The notes under the pieces are model-generated. The model saw only the letters and a program-made list of their open reading frames with translations, was not told where the DNA came from and did not search any database. From Spirochaetia bacterium (GTDB taxonomy: Bacteria; Spirochaetota; Spirochaetia; WTKD01; G963693115), in contig CBDDCA010000006.1 in the NCBI GenBank assembly GCA_965226055.1, positions 864,001 to 928,000 on the forward strand: a DNA stretch of 64,000 nucleotides. The letters are read 5' to 3'. The translations under genes were made by a program, and so were the position numbers. This document shows, piece by piece, positions 19,246 through 28,839 of the stretch. Within the stretch, counting starts at the first letter, position 1, and every line of letters begins with the position of its first letter.

Positions 19246-20352
19246 ATGCCTCTAAACTGTGGTATTGTTGGACTTCCTAATGTTGGAAAATCTTCTTTGT
19301 TTTCTGCATTGACATCTATAGCTGCTCCTATTGAAAATTATCCTTTCTGTACTATTGATCCAAATGTTGGGCTTGTTGAAATGCCAGATGAGCGAGTAGC
19401 AAAGTTGCACAGTATATATAAGCCACAGAAAACAATAGCCACTACCTGTGAGTTTGTGGATATTGCAGGTCTTGTAAAAGGTGCATCAAAAGGGGAAGGC
19501 TTAGGAAATAAATTTTTAGCAAATATTCGTGAAACAGGTATTGTTGCACATGTTCTTCGTTGTTTTGATGATACTACTATTACTCATGTAAGTGGTACTA
19601 TCAATCCTCTTGATGATATAGTTACTATCAATACTGAGCTTGCACTTGCTGATCTTGAAACGGTGCAAAAACAAAAGGATCGTATCGTAAAAGAAAAAAA
19701 AATAAAAAGTGCAGAGGTACAGAAGAAAATTGCTATAATGCATCCTCTTCTTGATAAATTGGAAGATGCTCTCAATAATTCAAAGCCTTTGTATACGCTT
19801 GAATACAGTGATGATGAGCAGACTGTGTTGCGTCAGTTACAACTGCTGCGTATGAAACCTATGATGTATGTATGTAATGTACCTGAAGATGAAGTACAAA
19901 CAGGTAATCAGTATACTACCATAGTGCAGGAGTATGCAAAAGAAGAGCAAAGTAGTGTATTGTATATTAGCGCAAAGTTTGAAGCAGAGCTTGCACAGTT
20001 TTCATCGGAAGAAAAAGATGAGTTCTTACAAAGTGTGGGAATACAACAGTCAAGTTTAGGACTGTTGATTAAAACAGCGTATACTATGTTAGGACTTCGT
20101 ACTTTTTTTACGGCAGGAGAAAAAGAAGTGCATGCATGGACATTTAAGGATGGGATGGTAGCACCAGAAGCTGCAGGTATTATACATAGTGATTTTCAAA
20201 AAGGGTTTATTCGTGCTGAAGTATTTTCGTATGATGATTTACTGGTATGTGGAAGTGAAGCAAATATACGAAATTCTGGTAAATTGCGTACTGAAGGAAA
20301 AGAGTATAGAGTGCAAGATGGGGATATTATGCATTTTCGGTTTAATGTATAA
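19246..20352 (+). CDS. ychF: redox-regulated ATPase YchF
   Basis: Motifs GIVGLPNVGKS, NYPFCTIDPN, DIAGLVKGASKGEGLGN, C-terminal TGS domain. Confidence 0.97.
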   Translation: MPLNCGIVGLPNVGKSSLFSALTSIAAPIENYPFCTIDPNVGLVEMPDERVAKLHSIYKPQKTIATTCEFVDIAGLVKGASKGEGLGNKFLANIRETGIVAHVLRCFDDTTITHVSGTINPLDDIVTINTELALADLETVQKQKDRIVKEKKIKSAEVQKKIAIMHPLLDKLEDALNNSKPLYTLEYSDDEQTVLRQLQLLRMKPMMYVCNVPEDEVQTGNQYTTIVQEYAKEEQSSVLYISAKFEAELAQFSSEEKDEFLQSVGIQQSSLGLLIKTAYTMLGLRTFFTAGEKEVHAWTFKDGMVAPEAAGIIHSDFQKGFIRAEVFSYDDLLVCGSEANIRNSGKLRTEGKEYRVQDGDIMHFRFNV

Positions 20353-20376
20353 AATACATAGAATAAAGAGGCGTAC

Positions 20377-21798
20377 ATGACATATGTGATTCTTGGAGCA
20401 GGACAAGTTGGTTTTCAGGTAGCTCAATTTCTTTCACAAGAAGGCCATACAGTAACAGTTATAGACAATAATCGAAAGCTGGTAGTAAAATTACAGGATC
20501 GTCTTGATTGTAAGATAGTTATAGATGATGGAAAAAAGCAAGAGGTATTGAAAGAGGCAAATATTCAGGATGCTGATTATTTTGTTGCTGTTACTAATTA
20601 TGATGATACCAATCTTATTAGCTGTAGTTTAGTACGTCAGTTAGCACCGAAAACACGATGTATTGCACGATTACGGAATGATAAGTATCTTGAATACATA
20701 CAATCAATAAAATCTACTTTTAATATTACAGAGGTAGTACAGCCTGAACGGGAGATAGCAACCTCTATTATACGGAGTATAGAATATGGAAGAGGTATGA
20801 GTGAAGCATTTTCGTTTATAGACTTTAATCGTATTCAAATACGTTCGTATCGTATAGTATCAGAATCTGTACTTGTACATCAGCCTGTAAGTAACTTTAG
20901 AAATAGTCTTCACTTTTCACAAGAAAATGAAGACAATTTTCTTATTGCTATGATTCAAAGAGATGATACTATCTTTCTTCCTTCGGGAAGTGATGTGCTA
21001 CAAGAGGGTGATGAATTATATTTTATTGGATCTATGAATGATCTTGATACATTATTTTATCATTTAGGAAGATCAGTAAAAGAAAGAAAAAATATTCGAA
21101 AAATTATGATCATTGGTGGTGGAGCAGTAACATCACAAATATTAGATATTTACAGTTCTAAGACAACGGGGTTTACTCAGCTCATAGGAAAGAGTCGTGT
21201 TTCTTCTCGAAATATTGTGGTCGTAGAAAGTGATGAGAAATTATGTGGGGAGATAGCTGATAATTTTCCTGATATAACAGTGTTAAATGCAGATGTGACT
21301 GAAGAGCAGACATTGGAGGATATAGAGATTTCCAGTGCTGATCTTGTTATTACTGCTACAGGGTCACAGGAGTTAAATATAGTGGTAGCTGCACATAGTC
21401 ATAATCTTGGAGTAAAGCAAACAATGGCGGTGGTGCATACATCTGTATATTCTGAAATCGCAGAAGAGCTTGGTATTAGTGTTTCTTTTAGTATACGAGG
21501 AGCTCTTACTAATTCAATTATTAGTTTATTAAGAGGTTATGATTCTGTGTTGAGTGTAGCGTATGGAGATCTTTCTATTTTTACTCATAAAGTGAGTCCT
21601 AAAAACTATGCATATAAAAAGAAAATCAAGGATCTTCGTATTCCAAAAGACAGTCTTATTATGTGTATTAATCGAGGAGACACATCATTTATTGCTCAAG
21701 GGAATATTGAAATAGAAGATAAAGATCAGTTATTAGTTATGAGTAAAAAGAATTCTCTTGATAAAATTACTGAGTTATTTCCGATAAATAAGGAATAA
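20377..21798 (+). CDS. trkA: Trk potassium uptake system regulatory subunit TrkA
   Basis: Two RCK-N/RCK-C repeats (ILGAGQVG, IIGGG); upstream of trkH. Confidence 0.9.
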   Translation: MTYVILGAGQVGFQVAQFLSQEGHTVTVIDNNRKLVVKLQDRLDCKIVIDDGKKQEVLKEANIQDADYFVAVTNYDDTNLISCSLVRQLAPKTRCIARLRNDKYLEYIQSIKSTFNITEVVQPEREIATSIIRSIEYGRGMSEAFSFIDFNRIQIRSYRIVSESVLVHQPVSNFRNSLHFSQENEDNFLIAMIQRDDTIFLPSGSDVLQEGDELYFIGSMNDLDTLFYHLGRSVKERKNIRKIMIIGGGAVTSQILDIYSSKTTGFTQLIGKSRVSSRNIVVVESDEKLCGEIADNFPDITVLNADVTEEQTLEDIEISSADLVITATGSQELNIVVAAHSHNLGVKQTMAVVHTSVYSEIAEELGISVSFSIRGALTNSIISLLRGYDSVLSVAYGDLSIFTHKVSPKNYAYKKKIKDLRIPKDSLIMCINRGDTSFIAQGNIEIEDKDQLLVMSKKNSLDKITELFPINKE

Positions 21799-21804
21799 TA
21801 GTAT

Positions 21805-23250
21805 ATGCATATAAAACGTACTCTTCGTGTATTAGGAGCTTTGTTTACTGTATACTCATTTGTATTGTTGTTTCCTGCATTTGTGTCATTACTGTATCAA
21901 GAGCATGAATATACCTTATATTTTCTTGTTCCTAGTATAGCGTTGGTACTGTTTGGGGCTATTATTTTGTTTTTAACAAAAACAAAAAAACAGCAGCCTA
22001 CTACCGTACGGCAATCTTTGTTTCTTGTTTCGTTTAGTTGGATAAGTGTGTCTTTGTTAGGAACCATTCCATTTTTATTTTCAAAAGTGATACCTGATTT
22101 TAGTTCGGCTCTGTTTGAAACTGTATCAGGATTTACTACTACTGGAGCTTCTATACTTACTGATATAGAAATATTACCAAAATCTATGTTGTTTTGGAGA
22201 GCGTTTACTCAGTGGTTAGGTGGAATGGGAATTGTTGTTTTGACAGTTGCGTTGTTTCCATTGTTGGGGATAGGAGGAAACACTTTGATGGCAGCTGAAT
22301 CTCCTGGTCCAGAGCTAAATAAAATAACTCCAAAAATAAGTAATGTAGCAAAGATTTTTTGGCTTATCTATATGTTACTTACTGCCCTAGAAACGATGCT
22401 CTTATACTTTGCAGGAATGAATTTATTTGATGCCGTTACTCATTCTTTTGCTACTATGGCTACTGGGGGATTTTCTACTAAAAATACAAGTATCGCTGAG
22501 TACAGTTTGCTCATACAAGGAATCATCACTTTTTTTATGTTTCTTGCAGGTACCAATTTTGCATTATACTTTACTATCCTCACAGGGAAAACTGTGAGTA
22601 TTTTTAAGGATACCGAATTTCGCTGGTACATAAGCGTTACTTTAGGAGCATCGTGTCTGATTGCGATAACTCTTGTTCTATTTCAAGTTGCTCGTATTGG
22701 AGATGCAGTGCTTGATAGCTTATTTCAAACAGCTTCTATTATAACAACTACTGGTTTCGCTTCTGTTGATTTTGAGCAATGGCCGTATTTTGCACAGTCT
22801 ATCTTGTTGGTACTTATGTTTTTTGGGGGTTGTGCAGGATCAACAGGGGGAGGTATAAAAGTTATACGCATTGTTATTTCTATTAAGTTTATATTATCTG
22901 AGTTTACTCGTTTTTTTATGCCTCAAAAAGTATCAGTGATAAAAATAAATAATAAGAAGATTGATAGTGATTATATTCGTGTAGTATTAGTATTTATTCT
23001 TACCTATATCTTTTTATTGCTTTTGACTACTGTTGTTATATCATTACAAAATATTGATATATTGACATCTTTTACCACTGCCTTGTCTGCATTAGGGAAT
23101 ATCGGACCAGGGTTTGGGGCTATTGGTCCTACTGAAAATTATGCTTTTTTTTCACCTGCAGTAAAGTTGTTTCTTAGCTTTGTTATGATAGCAGGAAGAC
23201 TAGAGCTATTTACTGTGCTTATTTTATTTACTCCTCGTTTTTGGAAATAA
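21805..23250 (+). CDS. trkH: Trk potassium uptake membrane protein TrkH
   Basis: Motifs SGFTTTGAS, QWLGGMG, TGGFS, GSTGGGIK, GNIGPG, GRLE. Confidence 0.95.
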   Translation: MHIKRTLRVLGALFTVYSFVLLFPAFVSLLYQEHEYTLYFLVPSIALVLFGAIILFLTKTKKQQPTTVRQSLFLVSFSWISVSLLGTIPFLFSKVIPDFSSALFETVSGFTTTGASILTDIEILPKSMLFWRAFTQWLGGMGIVVLTVALFPLLGIGGNTLMAAESPGPELNKITPKISNVAKIFWLIYMLLTALETMLLYFAGMNLFDAVTHSFATMATGGFSTKNTSIAEYSLLIQGIITFFMFLAGTNFALYFTILTGKTVSIFKDTEFRWYISVTLGASCLIAITLVLFQVARIGDAVLDSLFQTASIITTTGFASVDFEQWPYFAQSILLVLMFFGGCAGSTGGGIKVIRIVISIKFILSEFTRFFMPQKVSVIKINNKKIDSDYIRVVLVFILTYIFLLLLTTVVISLQNIDILTSFTTALSALGNIGPGFGAIGPTENYAFFSPAVKLFLSFVMIAGRLELFTVLILFTPRFWK

Positions 23251-23271
23251 AGAATAGTAAGGAGATATGGT

Positions 23272-23952
23272 ATGAAACTGAAATTTGATATACATGAAAT
23301 AGATACATTGCTGAAAGGATTTGATCTTAGATCAGAAGCAGATAAAGAAACAGTTAATTTTATCTATAATAATGTAATAGAATATGGAAAAAGACAGGAT
23401 AAAACTATGGATATCCAAAGAGACAAAGCAAGAATTTTTTTTCCAATTACTATAACTTTAATGGTATTTCTTACTAATGGAATAGTCGTATCATATGATA
23501 AGATTTTTACAGAATCTTTATTTTGGAACGGTATTATTATTGTTAGTATAATATTACCTTTTATTTTTTTGTTTTTATCATCTCGAAAATTTCATAATGT
23601 ATTAAGGAATTATGAAATAGTCTATGAGGTTGCCCCTGTTCATGATTTGAACATATACAAGGAAGAATATAAAGCTAAATTAGCAATTATATATTATTTA
23701 TTTAAGCAACTACAGGTAAGGGAAGAGCGGTTAATTCAATTAGCAAAGTACATAGGTAGTGGAATACGGTATATGTATTATGGAATAGTATTTGTTTTTA
23801 TATTTATAGTAGTGTTATTTGTCATTTTCAATATCTACCAAGCAGTAATTATCAAAGAAGAAGCTGAATTTATATTTCATGTGTGGAGTGTTATGGCTTA
23901 TCTTTTAATGGATTGTCACTCTCTAGGGCAGTTTTTACCCCTTGTATTTTAG
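23272..23952 (+). CDS. hypothetical 3-TM membrane protein with Pycsar-effector-like topology
   Basis: RBS AAGGAG; DKA motif before two TM helices, a soluble loop, then a third TM; very AT-rich. Confidence 0.55.
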   Translation: MKLKFDIHEIDTLLKGFDLRSEADKETVNFIYNNVIEYGKRQDKTMDIQRDKARIFFPITITLMVFLTNGIVVSYDKIFTESLFWNGIIIVSIILPFIFLFLSSRKFHNVLRNYEIVYEVAPVHDLNIYKEEYKAKLAIIYYLFKQLQVREERLIQLAKYIGSGIRYMYYGIVFVFIFIVVLFVIFNIYQAVIIKEEAEFIFHVWSVMAYLLMDCHSLGQFLPLVF

Positions 23953-24043
23953 GGAAATCATTGTTTTTGTTCCCATTATTAGCAGGGGGCTTTTTATTGC
24001 CGTTACCTGTATTGCTTGCAGAATTATTATTACCGTTACTCAT
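23891..24043 (-). CDS. 50-aa Asn/Gly/Pro-rich peptide (below the ORF-track cutoff)
   Basis: MSNGNNNSASNTGNGNKKPPANNGNKNNDFPKIQGVKTALESDNPLKDKP*; TGCTATAAT 6 nt before the ATG. Confidence 0.55.
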   Translation of the reverse strand: MSNGNNNSASNTGNGNKKPPANNGNKNNDFPKIQGVKTALESDNPLKDKP

Positions 24044-24082
24044 GTACTCATTATAGCATAATTGTTTGTTTTCTGTTCTCTA

Positions 24083-24121
24083 CTGAAGCCTTTTCTGTCG
24101 CAATTAGTCCTTGAATCCGCA
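24083..24121. repeat. dispersed intergenic element, copy A
   Basis: 36/39 identical to 63724-63762. Confidence 0.85.
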
Positions 24122-24203
24122 AACTGCAACAAACACGAACAACAAAAAAGCGTTTTTATAGTAAAATAAAACTACTAGTAATATATTTAAAGTGAGGTTT
24201 AAG

Positions 24204-25454
24204 ATGAAGTATACCCAAGTATGTGATGGAGTGTTTAAGTTATCGGCAAATGCGTATGATTTGTTGTTTGAAAGCATGTGGCCTATTCCAAAAGGAGTTG
24301 CAATGAGTTCCTATATTGTTAAAGGGGAAAAAGTTGCTATTATTGATGGTGTATGCGGATGGGATGGAGTACCCGAAACATTGGAAGAACAGTTTGATCA
24401 AATGGGACTCAAGACTGAGGATATAGATTATGTAATTATAAATCATATGGAGCCAGATCATTCAGGGTGGCTTGAAAATTTTAAGACAAAAATTAGAAGC
24501 GATATTACGCTTGTTACTCATGAAAAGTCAATACCTCTTTTAGAACGATTTTTTGGTATTACTGACTTAAAAATACAAACAGTACGGTCAGGAGATACTT
24601 TAGATTTAGGGAATGGGAGAGTGCTGGCTTTTGAAGAGATTCCAAATGTGCATTGGCCTGAAACTATTGCGACTTTTGATACTCAATCGGGAGTACTGTT
24701 TCCTTGTGATGCGTTTGGTGCGTTTGGTGCTACTGATGAAGACAAAATGTTTGATGATGAGTTAGAACAGGAAGAAATTGAAGCACTTGAGCCTGAAATA
24801 AGACGGTATTATTCCAATATTGTTGGTGCTTTTTCGGTGCCAGCTCGTCGTGCTATTGAAAAAGCAGGAAAGCTGCCTATAAAGATGATTGCTCCTGGGC
24901 ATGGTATTGTATGGCGAAAAGATCCCATGTATATTGTAGATAAGTACTTACAGTATGCAGGTTATTCGCAGGGTCCTGCAAGAAAAAAAATTACTGTATT
25001 ATGGGCCTCTATGTATGGAAATACTGAAAAAGCAGTGCAACCAGTAGTAGATACAATAGAAGCTGCTGGTATTGAATGTGCAGTACATCAACTGCCAGAT
25101 GAAGATCATTACTCGTTTATTATTAGTGATGTATGGGACTCAAGCGGAGTAATTATTGGTACGCCAACATATGAGTATAAAATGTTTCCTGCTATGGCTA
25201 TGGCACTTGAGGAGCTAGGAAATAAAAAAGCATTAAATAGAAGAGCTTTTTTGTTTGGATCGTATGGGTGGGCAGCAAGTGCACAAAAAGAGTTTGAGGA
25301 AATTATAGAGCGAAAAAAGTTAAAGTGGCAGCTGTTACCTAAGGTAGAATTTAAGGGAAGTCCTGATGCAAATGATATTGAATTAGTAAAGCAACGAACG
25401 AAAGAGCTTATTGAGGAAGTGAATAAGTGGTATGAAGAATCAGGCAATCAATAA
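24204..25454 (+). CDS. fprA: FprA family flavodiiron protein (O2/NO reductase)
   Basis: Motifs NHMEPDHSG, HWPET, CDAFG, APGHG, SMYGNT flavodoxin domain; RBS GAGG. Confidence 0.92.
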   Translation: MKYTQVCDGVFKLSANAYDLLFESMWPIPKGVAMSSYIVKGEKVAIIDGVCGWDGVPETLEEQFDQMGLKTEDIDYVIINHMEPDHSGWLENFKTKIRSDITLVTHEKSIPLLERFFGITDLKIQTVRSGDTLDLGNGRVLAFEEIPNVHWPETIATFDTQSGVLFPCDAFGAFGATDEDKMFDDELEQEEIEALEPEIRRYYSNIVGAFSVPARRAIEKAGKLPIKMIAPGHGIVWRKDPMYIVDKYLQYAGYSQGPARKKITVLWASMYGNTEKAVQPVVDTIEAAGIECAVHQLPDEDHYSFIISDVWDSSGVIIGTPTYEYKMFPAMAMALEELGNKKALNRRAFLFGSYGWAASAQKEFEEIIERKKLKWQLLPKVEFKGSPDANDIELVKQRTKELIEEVNKWYEESGNQ

Positions 25455-26556
25455 AACTAAGTCTCTGCAGCTTGAAAATATAAATATAAAAAAATTAGAA
25501 CCTCTTCTTTCTCCGCTTGAGTTAAAGCAATATGTACAAAGTACGCGAGAGGTACAAGAACTTGTTGTGAACGCAAGAAATACTATATGTCGTATACTTG
25601 ATGGCACTGATTCGCGGTTGCTTGCTATAGTGGGTCCTTGTTCTATTCATGATCATAAAGCCGCAATGGAATATGCAAGGCATCTCAAAGAAATTAGGGA
25701 TGAGATTAGCGATAGGATATATGTGGTGATGCGGGTATATTTTGAAAAACCTCGCACGACTTTAGGATGGCGTGGTTTATTTATTGATCCTAAGATGGAT
25801 AATAGCAATAATATTCCTGAAGGATTGCGATTAGGACGTAGTATTTTATTAGAGATAAACAGCTTAGGATTGCCTTGTGGGAGTGAATATCTTGATCCTA
25901 TTATTCCAAACTACATTGATGATTTAGTGTGTTGGGCATCTATAGGAGCACGTACTATAGAAAGTCAGACACATAGGGATATGGCGAGTGGAGTTTCGGT
26001 TCCTGTCGGATTCAAAAATAATACGAGTGGTGATATTGATGCTGCTATAAATGCTATGGTACTGAGTAGTACTGAACGAGGTTTTATTGGTTCTAATATT
26101 GAAGGAAAAACATGTATAGTACATACAACTGGAAATAGGAACACTCATCTTATTTTACGTGGAGGACGAACAGGGCCAAATTATTTTCCTCATCATATAC
26201 AAAGTGCCTCTGAGCTTATGAAAAAACGTAACATTACTCCAAGAATAATTGTTGATTGTAGTCATGACAATTCACTGAAAGATTATAAGAAACAGGAGTT
26301 AGTATTGCAGTCGGTGTTAGAGCAATATATGGCAGGAGAGCATAGTGTGCGAGGGTTTATGCTAGAGAGTAACTTAAAAGCAGGAAATCAGGAAATACCA
26401 AAAGGGAAGAAAAAGTTAGTATATGGAAAATCGGTTACCGATGCTTGTATTGATATACACGATACAAAGCGACTTTTGCTTTCTGCGTATACGCATTTAG
26501 GAACTGTTGCTACACGACATACCATTACAAATTCTATCTCTAAATATGGTGGGTAA
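25432..26556 (+). CDS. 3-deoxy-7-phosphoheptulonate (DAHP) synthase, class I-alpha
   Basis: Motifs VGPCSIHD, RVYFEKPRT, IGARTIESQTHR, DCSH, SVTDACI. Confidence 0.95.
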   Translation: MKNQAINKTKSLQLENINIKKLEPLLSPLELKQYVQSTREVQELVVNARNTICRILDGTDSRLLAIVGPCSIHDHKAAMEYARHLKEIRDEISDRIYVVMRVYFEKPRTTLGWRGLFIDPKMDNSNNIPEGLRLGRSILLEINSLGLPCGSEYLDPIIPNYIDDLVCWASIGARTIESQTHRDMASGVSVPVGFKNNTSGDIDAAINAMVLSSTERGFIGSNIEGKTCIVHTTGNRNTHLILRGGRTGPNYFPHHIQSASELMKKRNITPRIIVDCSHDNSLKDYKKQELVLQSVLEQYMAGEHSVRGFMLESNLKAGNQEIPKGKKKLVYGKSVTDACIDIHDTKRLLLSAYTHLGTVATRHTITNSISKYGG

Positions 26557-26592
26557 TTGTTATCTCATATATAATATATTTTCTAGGATGGA

Positions 26593-27921
26593 GTGGCTAT
26601 GAATATACAAGAAAAAGCAAAGCAAGCAAGACAGGCATCGTTTATTCTGAGAAATATAGCGTCTCAAGAACGGAATGAGCTTCAACATGGTATTGCTCGT
26701 CATATTCAAAAGAGAAAAGAAGAAATTTTTAAGGCAAATAAACAAGATATGTTACATGCTGAAAAAGCAGGTGTGTCAGAACCTCTGCTAAAGCGTTTGT
26801 CTCTCAATGAGAAAGGCATACAAAGCATGTGTGATAAACTTTTTTCCGTAGCGTCACAAAAAGATTTAGTGTACTCTACAATTTTCAGTCGTGAACTTAC
26901 ACAAAATTTATTCTTGCATAAACGCTTTGTTCCCTTAGGGGTTGTTGCTATGATTTTTGAATCACGTCCAGACGCTTTAGTGCAAATTGCTTCCCTCTGC
27001 TTAAAGACAGCAAATGCAGTGTTGCTAAAAGGCGGTTCTGAGGCAATAGCAACGAATACTGTACTTTTTGATTGTATTCGCAGTGCAACGCGAGATTTTT
27101 TACAACATAGCTCTGAAGGTGCTCAAAACAATAATGGAGAGGAATGGGTACAATTGCTGGAAACACGCGAAGAAACTCGTACTATGTTACAGCTTAGTGA
27201 TGATATTGATCTTATTATTCCTCGTGGATCAAATGATTTTGTTCATTATATTATGAATAATTCTTCTATTCCAGTACTAGGGCATGCAGATGGAGTATGC
27301 CATGTATATGTACATTATGATGCTCATTTGCAACAAGCAAAAAAGATACTATATGATGCAAAGCTACAGTACACAGCAGTGTGTAATGCTATGGAATGTT
27401 TAGTAGTACATGAGGATGCACTTATTTTTTTACCGCAGTTATTGCAACTGCTTGCGAAAGAAGGAGTCTTTTTTCATGCAGATGAAGATGCTGCTGAAAT
27501 TCTTGCAGCTACAGGGATTGCTCATGCATTGGCAACACAGGATGATTGGGGGACTGAGTATCTTGATACAATTCTTGCTATTAAAACAGTCAAAAGTGTA
27601 CAAGAAGCTGTATATTTTATCAATCAGTACGGTTCGGGCCATACTGATGTTATTATTACTCAATCATCACAGATAGCAGACTATTTTAAGAAATCGGTGG
27701 ATTCTGCATCGGTAATGAGTAACTGCAGTCCTCGTTTTGCTGATGGATATAGATATGGGCTTGGAGCAGAGTTAGGGATTAGTACCACTCGTATTCATGC
27801 GAGAGGGCCAGTTGGGCAGGAAGGTCTTTTAAGTACACAGTGGATAGTAGATGGGGCAGGACATACTGTAGGGGCAATGGAGAATGGAGAGTATGTTTTT
27901 ACTCATAAGGATATAGAGTAA
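26593..27921 (+). CDS. proA: gamma-glutamyl phosphate reductase
   Basis: Motifs PLGVVAMIFESRP, LKGGSEA, GHADGVCH, CNAME, FADGYRYGLGAELGIST, HARGPVG. Confidence 0.96.
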   Translation: MAMNIQEKAKQARQASFILRNIASQERNELQHGIARHIQKRKEEIFKANKQDMLHAEKAGVSEPLLKRLSLNEKGIQSMCDKLFSVASQKDLVYSTIFSRELTQNLFLHKRFVPLGVVAMIFESRPDALVQIASLCLKTANAVLLKGGSEAIATNTVLFDCIRSATRDFLQHSSEGAQNNNGEEWVQLLETREETRTMLQLSDDIDLIIPRGSNDFVHYIMNNSSIPVLGHADGVCHVYVHYDAHLQQAKKILYDAKLQYTAVCNAMECLVVHEDALIFLPQLLQLLAKEGVFFHADEDAAEILAATGIAHALATQDDWGTEYLDTILAIKTVKSVQEAVYFINQYGSGHTDVIITQSSQIADYFKKSVDSASVMSNCSPRFADGYRYGLGAELGISTTRIHARGPVGQEGLLSTQWIVDGAGHTVGAMENGEYVFTHKDIE

Positions 27922-27935
27922 GGAAGTGTTACGGT

Positions 27936-28838
27936 ATGCAACATTCTCCATTTGATTATTCTCAATTACAACAGGCTCATCGTATTGTAATAAAGATTGG
28001 GACAAATGTAATGATGACTCATATTGCTCATGCTATTGAAACGGATAAAAAAAACAATAGTAATGATATGGGTACGAGTGAATATCCTCATTTTATGTAT
28101 TCAATGTTGTCTCAAATAGCACAGCTAAAACAGGAAGGAAAGCAATTTGTGTTGGTGAGTTCTGGATCAATTGGTTTTGGAGCAAAAGAGTTGGGGCTTA
28201 GTCCCCCTATTAAAGATATTGTGTTACGACAAGTATGTGCCGCTACTGGACAGCCGTTGCTTATGGATATATATCGATATGCAGCAAGACAGTTTAACTT
28301 AAATTGTGCTCAAGTACTCATTACGAGAAATGATTTTAATTCGGTATATTCATATACTTCAATTAAAAATTGTATTGAAGCATTATTACAAAGAGGAATT
28401 TTACCCATTATCAATGAAAATGATACAGTGTCTACCGAAGAGATTGATGATGGCTTTGGTGATAATGATCAGCTTAGTGCTATGATAGCAAGTAAGCTAA
28501 AAGCAGATGTTTTGATTATTTTAACTGATGTAGATGCATACTATACTAATAATCCACGCAAAGATCCTTTAGCAACACGTATTCCTGTTATTTATAATGC
28601 TAAGGAGCTACTCGTAAATACAGAGTTGGATATGCACAATAACAACGCTGAGACTGGAACTAACTATGGCACTGGAGGCATGCTTACAAAATTAAAAGCT
28701 GCTACAATAACGCAGGCAGCAGGGTGTACTCTGTGTATAGGATCTGCGTTTCAAAGGGATATTTTACTACATTTTCTTGCAGGAACAGGGAAAGCAGAAG
28801 ATACAGGTACGGTGTTTCCTGCTCTAGAGTCTGTTTGA
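27936..28838 (+). CDS. proB: glutamate 5-kinase (short form, no PUA domain)
   Basis: Motifs VIKIGT, LVSSG, PIINENDTV, GDNDQLSA, GTGGMLTKL. Confidence 0.94.
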   Translation: MQHSPFDYSQLQQAHRIVIKIGTNVMMTHIAHAIETDKKNNSNDMGTSEYPHFMYSMLSQIAQLKQEGKQFVLVSSGSIGFGAKELGLSPPIKDIVLRQVCAATGQPLLMDIYRYAARQFNLNCAQVLITRNDFNSVYSYTSIKNCIEALLQRGILPIINENDTVSTEEIDDGFGDNDQLSAMIASKLKADVLIILTDVDAYYTNNPRKDPLATRIPVIYNAKELLVNTELDMHNNNAETGTNYGTGGMLTKLKAATITQAAGCTLCIGSAFQRDILLHFLAGTGKAEDTGTVFPALESV

Positions 28839-28839
28839 T

